Of a DNA stretch of 64,000 nucleotides, positions 55,311 through 64,000 are shown piece by piece. Numbering within the stretch: the stretch's first letter is position 1; each line of letters starts with the position of its first letter. Source of the stretch: Cenococcum geophilum (Eukaryota); assembly GCA_050273025.1 (NCBI GenBank), contig CP158636.1:5456001-5520000 (forward strand), written 5' to 3'. Under the pieces are notes generated by a model. It did not search any database. It was given only the letters and a program-made list of their open reading frames with translations, and was not told where the DNA came from. The position numbers and the translations under genes were made by a program.

Positions 55311-56649
55311 CCACAATTAAGGACTTTTAGCCTAACTTTATCTTAGTATAAACGCTAAATATATTATAACCAAACATCTGATATATAGTCTGTGTCTGTG
55401 GTAGATGTAGGTTTGTTGTTAGGTGCACCGCCTGGGGGGTTTGATGATGTTTATAATATAAATGACAACTTATTAGAGATGCGAGATCTTAAAGCTAAAA
55501 GCGGCTATACGCTCGTTAGGAATTACACTATAAGATAATACCGTGTGTCTTCTTTTAGTGCTTTATTAATAGTCTATAAACTAGGTTATAGTTTATAATA
55601 CTAATCTACTACTTAATTAACTAGAGCTACTTTAGATAATACTTAAGGACAATTAGAGCGTCGCGGTTCTAGATAGTAGTGCGTAACTATATATAATGTT
55701 AATTTGCAGCTAACTAAAATATCTAGTTATTACTAAACTCTTTATGCTATTAAGGAACAAAAATTCGACAGGTATAGCTGTATAAAATACTCTTAATAGC
55801 ACTAGGGCTACTATTATAGAAGGGAAGAAAGTGCGAATTGCTACTACTATAGGTAGTAATGTTACTAGCTAGTTTGTAGCTAAGTAGATAGGCAACTATA
55901 TAACGGAAGGAGGGAGGAATTTAGTCGAAGTCATTATTGGAGTGGCTTATAGAGAGGCTTAAGGGAACTATTTAGAGGACTATTTAAGAGTAAAGCCTAC
56001 TGTTCTTGTTACTAACGATAGAGCTATAAGACTTAAGGCTGCTAGGGTAGGGGTTACTACTATTGTAATATCTATAATTAACTAGGTCTTAATAGCACTA
56101 AGGAGATAATTAAGTAGATTTTAACAGTACTAAAGAGAGGTTTATATTTTGCTTTAAATTCTATATAAAGAGTTTCTCGCACTATATATAAGCCTTTAAG
56201 GTAAATTAGTTGCCTTTCTAGCACCCTATAGGTGTTCTTAAGTGTATTTCCTAAGATAAATATGTTATACGTATAGGAGGCTAACACATTTGCCCTATTT
56301 ATATCCTTTTTTTTAATAGCCTAGCTCCTTTAAAAGGGAAACATTATTGCTGTAAGTGCAAGAGTTAAAATGTATGGGTTGTAGGCATTTACGTTGCATT
56401 AAATGCTTAGCGCCCTCTAATTATAGTAACATCAAATTCTAAAAATACACTTTACTTACATTCTTGTTATATAAATCTAATAGCTCTAGTAATTCAATAT
56501 ATAATCGGCATTTGGTCTTATTTGATATAAGGAATGCCTAGGATGGTTAGAACTTGCTAGCTTAAACACACTATATACCTTTTACTTTAACCACCTCCGG
56601 CTTTCTTCTTTACTTCTACTACTTTTACCTAATTACGTTCTCCTCTATA

Positions 56650-59600
56650 TAGATAGAAAGCCAGTTAGTAACGCGAGAAGTACCTGATTTGGGGCGTCTT
56701 TATATAGCGAAGCTCTCAGAAATACCACAGATGGCAGTTATTGCCGCAGCAGGATTTTTCCATTCCGAAGTATGGAAATATTAGAGACCATTCTATGACA
56801 ATTTCGCAGATGATATAGTTAAGTACTTTTATAACTTCTTTCTACAAGAAACTCGAAATCCGAATAATATTGTACTCGTAGTGGAGGACAGTTTTGAAGA
56901 AGATAAGCGTAATTGCGTCTACAATGAGCTCAAAGATATATACCCATCTGTGGAGAATGCCGGTTCTGTAATTGTTGGTATTGGGATTATATCTCTGCTA
57001 GAGGGGTCCAATCGAAGCAGCCAGTTTCAGCTAGAAGGTAAATGTTATTAGGGCCCCCAAGTGGATTAGATCTCTACTAACACGAACGTAGACATAAATA
57101 ACTCTTGGAAAGAACTTCTAAACCCAAAAAGAGACGAGAGCAAAGTAGCTCTATCGCTCTATTTGAAATATACCAAACTAGCTAAGTTAAGGTATAATCC
57201 CTTACTCGAGCCTTAAAATTAACTCTAATGTCCTAATAATAGATGGTTTGGCTCCGTGCATTATATACGTCTCTAAACCCTAGTAATACATCCAAGATAT
57301 TAACGACGTGGGCATGGTAAAACGATTTCAATATGGTTTAAAACCATCTCACTTCTGGACAGCACTCTATTTGGTATATCTTTTGCGCTAAGTAGCAAAG
57401 ATTTTTACTAGAAACTTGGATTTGAGAAAAAGGAAGAAGTCCCTGTACTAGGGCTCCTAATGATAAATAAATGTATATTTATACCAATTATCGTATTTAT
57501 ATCATTAAGAGCCTTAAGATATTCATTATCGCGATAATATCGCGATAATGGCTTATATAAGCCAGATCACCAGTCTTAGCAAGGTGTTAAGTTGGCGATC
57601 ATCCTTAGAGTCCTCCTAGATCGTTACCTACCCTCTACTTCCTTTTTTAATACATTTACTAAAAGCTCCTTCCTCCACCCTAATATAATCCCGCCTCTTA
57701 TCCAAGACTTTAAGTACTTTGTTCGCTCAATATTCACATAGCCAAGAGACATTCGCTGCTAAGATATTATCCGCCGAGCTCCTAAGAAGATGCGTTCTGG
57801 CTCGGCTGACATAGGCGGTATAGATAGAAGATCTATTGCTATACGGTAGAGCGATAGGTAGTTAGTATAATTGCTTAAATTAAGCCACTAATTAAGGGCA
57901 GTAGTTCTAGAAGAAAGATTAGTAGGGGAGGTATTAATAAAGTAATTAAACTCGTCCTTAATTGCGTGTAGAGTTAACTGCTCTTAGCTCTAAATATCGT
58001 ACTTATCTAGCTCTTAATCGCGATTAAAGGCCTCCTACGTTACTTCCTTATTACTAAACTTACCCTTATACTTATTTACCTAAAGCTTTTAAGCTACGTT
58101 AACTACTGGCTTCCTCTACAAGGCTTTCTAATTGCGATTAATATAGGCCTTCTATTAGTAAGGAGCTAGTAGTAAGGCGGCGCTATATACAGTAACCTTA
58201 TCAGTCTTAAGGTAGTATTTATTAAAGGCGTGCCAACTAGTACGTATACAGTCGCAAAGCTTTAAGTTTGTGGCGTACTTTTTAAGAGATCTCTTAAAGT
58301 GCTATACCATAAAATCTATGATAAAAAGCACCTTATTAAGGGTTGCTTTATTACCTTCCGTCTATTTTATAACTCTTTTAAAGGGTTATAGAAAGTCTCT
58401 AATATTTTCTAGAGCCTTCTAATTAGCGGCGTTGAGAATATCTTTCTTATTAAATTTATTAGTATACTCCTCTTAATATTTTCTAATTACGTCTTTTAGT
58501 TTAAGAGCCACCTATATTATATTATACCATAAGTTCTAACGCGTATTATTATTTATAGGAATAGCCCGTAGAGCGATTGCGATAAAGTAATTATAGTAAG
58601 CAGGAGAGCTTTAAATATATACAACTACGTTATAGACTTTACCCAGAGGCCCGATTGAACGGTAAGTAAATTAACTGGCCTTCCCTTTTTTAAACCTTTT
58701 AGCGAGAAGCTTTTTAATCTAATTGTCTTTAAGTATAGCCTCTGCCTTAAGGCGCTCTTTAGCTTCTTTAAAGGCCGTATTAACAGCTTCCATATCTTTT
58801 GTAAAGAAAAAGGCTTATGCGGCGATATTAAGTATATAGCTGTGGCAGCGAATGCGGCGTTGCGTGGCGTTGTATTTGGCCTCTATTCCTTCCTCTTAGA
58901 GCTTTATAGTAAGTCGATTAAGAAGCTTATTATTACTACCGTGATTATCGCCAATATAATAGCCAATTCTCTTAAGTAGGTCGTAATCCTTAAGGACTTG
59001 CCAAAGGACCTTAAGCTGTTCGTCACCGCCGTGCGCGCTAAGGAGGAAAGGTAGAGTAAGTAGAGCCTTATATAGTACGCGAGATTTGTTAATAAAGTAG
59101 GCGCAGATTGCAATAAAAGTCTTTTAATTTGGCGCTGTCTACGCGTTAAGCGAGAGGTGTATAGGTATAAGAGAGGTAGAAAGCTTTTACTTAAGAAGAG
59201 CTTTATTAAGCAGGAAGGAGTCCTTAATTAGCCTTAGTATAGTACTACTTAATCTAATTAGAGCTTCCTTGTAGGTATAGTTTACTAATAAAAGAAGAGT
59301 ATAAAGCTCTGGCTAAGATACTGCCTTATATAGTAAATTCCAAATAACAATTAGCTGCGCTAAAGCCTCTTATATAACCGGTGGATTAATATATTCTCTA
59401 AGGATCCTTTCCTTTTACCTCTTAAGCCTTTAAGCTTAATGCTGTCCCTATTTCTAAAATAGCTCTTTAAGCCTATTTCTTATAGCTTTTTTAAGGCCTA
59501 AGTCTTCTTCTTTAACAGTAATGCCGTGTATATTAAGAAGATGCGACCGTATATTAGTGGTAACTATATTGCGCTAGGAAACGCACTAGGCGCAGTACTA

Positions 59601-60190
59601 ATATCGCCTCCCCTTACTGTTTAGTAGCGGCTCTTTATTAGTAGGCTCTCGTCTAAGCTTCTATATATTTATAGCCCGAAGCTTACGTCTTTTAGCGGGG
59701 TACTTAGAGGAAGAGAAAGGTAAGGATGGCGCGTTATCTTTGTTAAGTGTTAGGTCTTTAAATAAGTTATTTTTAAGCTCTAATATTTTAGATAGGTTGT
59801 TAGAACTGCTATTAGAGTTAATAAAAAGAGATTCTAAAGTAGAGGAAGCCATAAGGATAGATTGGGGGTAGTTAGGAGGGGGGGGTAAGAAGAAGAGAGG
59901 CATTTAGGCACTAGTTTAGAAAATTTTACGTATAAGTATATATTAGAACGTGCGGCGTATTTATAGTCCTTAGCAAATACCTTACTACCCTTTTATACCA
60001 CTACTGAAGCTTTAAAACACCTATATATATTTATAAGCAAATATCGTATTTATATCGCTTATTATTATTAATATTATCGCGATAAGCTTATAAATAACGT
60101 TATCGTTAGGAGCCCTGCCCTGTACCACGATATCAATATTACTCTAGATTTACACTCTATATATGCACTTTTTAACCAATCCCAGTAAAT
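56650..60190 (+). pseudogene. GNAT-family acetyltransferase, disrupted near its C-terminus by a hAT transposon
   Basis: Frame MAVIAAAGFFHSEVWKY.RPFY...; two short introns; acetyl-CoA motif LVIHPRY[Q]RRGHG (57280-57318); FY.KLGF; resumes after the TSD at 60126. Start uncertain. Confidence 0.75.
57449..60117 (-). mobile_element. Full-length hAT DNA transposon (RIP-inactivated)
   Basis: TIR (C/T)AGGGCTCCTAA(C/T)GATAA; 8-bp TSD CCCTGTAC (57441-57448, 60118-60125); transposase from ATG 59903 with HLSLDAWT, GDNHGSND, RIRCHGHILN, RWN and the dimerisation motif LSIPPMSAEPERIF. Confidence 0.95.
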
Positions 60191-62619
60191 GAAGAAGAAC
60201 TCGCTTATAAGATAGGCTATAAGACAGAGAGCTAGGAATGGACGCTTATACATAAAAACTGGAAGGTAAGTTTCTGTCAGTATGCTTTAATATAGTGCAA
60301 TAGACGTAATATACGTGCAGTGCGGTGTGTAGTTAGATTCTTGCTTTTTGTTCTGCTTTAATGCAGTGTTAATACATATATGTGTCTTATGCACGTAAGA
60401 CGTAAAACGAAGATTATTGTACATTGCCTTACATTGCCGCATATTGCCTTACATTGCCCTCCTTTGTCTGTTCCTATATTCCAATAGTTTCCTTTTTCTA
60501 AAAATAAAGATATAATTAATAGTAAGTAGAATGGAGTGCAGCCTTTTCTTAAAAGTTAAGTATGAGGTCGCTTGTATAATCCTCTAAAAGAATGGAGTAA
60601 TATTATAGAAAAATATATACGGGCTGTAGAGCGTAAAATTGCTGAAAATGAAGAGCTATAGCTATAGTATATAAAAGGATAGTATATGGCAGAGAAAGAC
60701 GTGTCCTACAATTTCATTATCTAATATTATTAGAAAGAAGTATATAAGGAAGACTTATAGGGTTTCCTAGCTTAGATATAGAGAGAATCAATATAGTTAG
60801 AGAGCTTTTAAAATATTGCCTTTCGCAGAGGCAGCAAAGCGGGATTTAATAGGATATCTTGTCTGGACCTTATATATTTTATAGATATCTACGTAAGGGG
60901 AAGCACTTCAGTTTGGTATCTAATGGAAGTTAAGAGTATTATAGTTCTAGACTATAATAGATTGTTAAAGAGCGTGGCATTAAACGTGTTTAAATGATAT
61001 ATTGTTAAAGGAAAACGTGTTCCAATGGAATGATTTTATTTACTTAGCTGAAGAATTATCTAGCAGTTTAAATCAGCCTGTAAGGAGGACGTGTTCAAAC
61101 TACACTAGATGTTAAAAAGCGTAGTATTAAACGTGTTCTAACTGCACTAGAGATTAAAGGGCATGACATTGGACGTGCTTTAATTAAGTAATAAAAATAA
61201 AATTGCTAAAGGATTGCCAAAGGGCTACGAGGAGTCCCCAATAATATAAATAGCCCGGCTTAATATAATCTTTTACTATTTAGCAAGGCCTCTAAGTACA
61301 TTCCCACCTCCAGTTATAAATTTCCTATAGCTAACTTTGATAGAAATAGTCTATTTAATTTAACCTAGCTTAAGATAAAAATAAAAATAGATCTATTTAC
61401 CGCTGTTAAGTGTAAGTTTATTAGTACTTACACTTATATATTATTAACGAAGTAGCAGCTAAGGCCAGAGCTCTCTATCTTAATACAGAATTTAATATTG
61501 TCTTGTACTATCCTGGGGGCCTAAATGCTAATAACTGGGATTATAATCACCTTACTACCGCGGTCTCCTTTAGTAATAAGATAAAGTATATAATGCCTGC
61601 CATCGAATATAATACCATATTAACTTATTACTAAGTTCTTAAAAAAAATAAAGGCATCGACCTTCTCCAGTAGCTAGGACCCCAAAATTACTTTAGAAAT
61701 TTGTTCCCTTTATATAAATATAGTTATAAAATCTTAATAAGCATTATTATGCTAGCTGTGCCAAATATAATGTCAATCTCACTATACACGTATCTTTGGA
61801 AATTAAGTAACTCAACACTTATAGTAATAAACGTAGCCGTTTACTTTCTTTAAAATACTTTATATATTAACTTTATATAAAAATTGCTAGAGAAAGTTTC
61901 TTACTAAATACTTAAATTAGTTTACTAGAGTACTATACTAAGGACAGTCTTTCCCTAGGATTACCTAAACCGTTACTCTGTTTTTAAGATAAGCCGGATA
62001 TTACCTTCTAGGAACTTAAACAAAAAGTTAGTCAATATTACTTTAAGAAAACCCTAATTTTATAGTTAGTAAGTTTTATTTACCGGTATATTTATATTAG
62101 GAAGGTTAATACCAGAGGGTATAAGCGGGTATATTAGGTAGATTTAAGCTAAGGTAAGAAAGGGGTTTAAAAGGAAGCTAATAAAATAGTAGAGAGAAAG
62201 CGGAAGACTTACCAATATTTATACTTACCCTCAGCCTTCCTTAATTAAACACTATAAACTTAAACTATTAAATACAATTTTACTAAGCCCAATAAGCTTG
62301 ATAATATGCACCCTACCTAAAGTGACGGGAATTTTAGCTTCCATGCTCTTTATCAAGTTATATCTATATATACTACCTTACTCTGCCAAGCATCAGCCCG
62401 CCATAGGCGCGATTTTGGCCTCTATAGTAGCGTTCTAGATCGTATTAAGGGCTGCAATCTAGAAAATGGGCTCTTTGCTACGAAGTTGTTTAGAAATTAA
62501 AGGATATTCATCTATTACTAAACGTAAAAGGTATATACATTAGTGACTAGGCAGAGGCCCCTATTTTTATTAGGGGCGTATATAGTTTATAAGGCTAAAT
62601 ATCCGTTACGTATTGATTT

Positions 62620-63060
62620 CCTTAATATAGGAAAAGAAATAGCAATTCTATAAGAGTATTATAAATATAAAGGTATACGAGGTTACGCGGTACGATATTT
62701 CGCCTTTTACTACAATAATAGATATTAAATCTATAAGGAAGCTAAGTATAGCGTAAGCTATTAGCTATAAGAACTAAGCCTAAAATAGTTTAAAGGAATA
62801 AGCGATAATAAAGATCTCTATAAAATAGATCTAAGAGAATATCTAAACTAAGATAAGGAAGAGAACCTTAGTAATATAAAAAATATATAGGATAAATATT
62901 ACGCTATAAGAGCCGGAATAACTTTATAAGTAACCCTAGAGAAAGTAGAAGAACTATAAGAAACCCTAGAGAATATAAAGGTAGATATTAAAATAGTTAT
63001 AGACGTCTTAGTAGTAGGGATTAAGACTCTGTTAAATATAATAACTATCACTTCGTAAGA
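62620..63060 (+). mobile_element. Fragment of a Gypsy-E-related gag C-terminus
   Basis: Motif FAFCY...CQIHEEAKYGASYWP matches the minus-strand motif at ~45960-46030. Confidence 0.6.
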
Positions 63061-63195
63061 TAGAAGGGAGAGTAGTTAAGAGAATCTAAGTACGTCAGGA
63101 AAAAATTTACTAGCATTTTTGCAGCATTTGGCGGCATTTGGCGGCCAAATGCGCAATCCGCGCACTGCAACGTGTAGCGTATAGTATTAACTTAG

Positions 63196-63473
63196 GTATA
63201 GCATACTGCCGCATCTAATAACGCGATGTAGCATACTGCCGTATCTAACAACGCGGTGTAAGTATACTGCCGTATCTAATAACGTAATATAGCATACTAC
63301 CGCATCTAATAACGCGGTGTAGTATACTGCTATATTTAATAACGTGGTATAAGTATACTACTATATCTAATAACGCGGTATAGTATACTACCGTATCTAA
63401 TAATATAGTATAGTATACTGCCGTATCTAATAACGTGGTATAAGTATACTGCTGTATCTAATAACGCGGTATA
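63196..63473 (+). repeat. 30-31-bp tandem repeat (GTATAGCATACTGCCGCATCTAATAACGCG) x~9
   Basis: Read directly; units differ mostly by RIP-type transitions. Confidence 0.9.
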
Positions 63474-63488
63474 GCTAATTGCGTATTT

Positions 63489-63615
63489 TGTGAGGTGATA
63501 AGCTCCGCACTACTCAGCCATATAAACCCGCAAAAGGTAAACGAGTAACTGGCTTGATGCTAGACACGGCTGTGCGGAACAATACATATAGGCGAGGTGA
63601 CTTCGTCACCTGACA
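63489..63615. mobile_element. Short solo LTR-like insertion (127 bp)
   Basis: TGTGAGGTGA..TCACCTGACA inverted termini; TATTT TSD at 63484-63488 and 63616-63620; little RIP. Confidence 0.85.
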
Positions 63616-64000
63616 TATTTATAGTAACTTAGTTAAGTAGTGCCTTTATTCTATTAAGCTCTCTCTATATTTAATATATAATTAATATATAATACCCCCC
63701 TTACGTATTCTATATATCTTACTTACTTTAAGTAATAGATAAGCGTTGCTCTTCTTACGCACTTAATAGTATTTACTTAGTCTACGCGGTTAGTAGTATT
63801 TACCTATTCCGCGTAATTAGTATACTTTACTTAGTCTACGTAGTTAGTACCCTTTACTTATTTTACGTAGTTAATATTCTTTACTTATTTTATATACCTA
63901 GTATATACTATATAAAGAATATATTTTAACTTAATAGTAGTATAGTATAACCTTAATACGCCCAATAATGCCCTTTAGTTAACCTACTATTTTAAGTTTA

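Noticed and set aside
55500..56600. Possible S/T/P-rich minus-strand pseudogene (includes ORF 56078-56287)
   Set aside because: No recognisable motif or confident frame, so it is too weak to call.
1..64000. Alternative genetic code (TAA/TAG read-through) to explain frequent in-frame stops
   Set aside because: Stops coincide with CAA/CAG/TGG codons and differ between sibling copies, and missense C>T/G>A changes are equally common, which is the RIP signature.

Overview
This window is AT-rich filamentous-ascomycete (Pezizomycotina-type) heterochromatin with heavy repeat-induced point mutation (RIP): CpA/TpG are depleted, TpA is enriched, and TAA/TAG replace CAA/CAG/TGG codons throughout. No intact protein-coding gene was found. 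Bases 1-47.7 kb are a deeply nested transposon stack: a piggyBac relic contains Gypsy C, which contains Gypsy A, which contains Gypsy B, which contains a MITE. The stack also holds a Copia deletion derivative, a self-nested and inverted Gypsy pair, further Gypsy elements and several solo LTRs, most with readable target-site duplications (TSDs). Bases 47.7-63 kb hold RIP-inactivated genes: a DUF3435 Starship 'captain'-type tyrosine recombinase relic, a multi-TM membrane protein, an Est1/Ebs1-like protein, and a GNAT acetyltransferase split by a full-length hAT transposon. The most unusual object is a ~3.77 kb poly(A)-tailed, TSD-flanked retroposed element (11734-15505). It starts at the predicted cleavage site of an HDV-like ribozyme fold, shows no recognisable RT/endonuclease, and carries an array of ~22 hairpin repeats. 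All calls come from manual reading and mental de-RIPing; no database searches were run.
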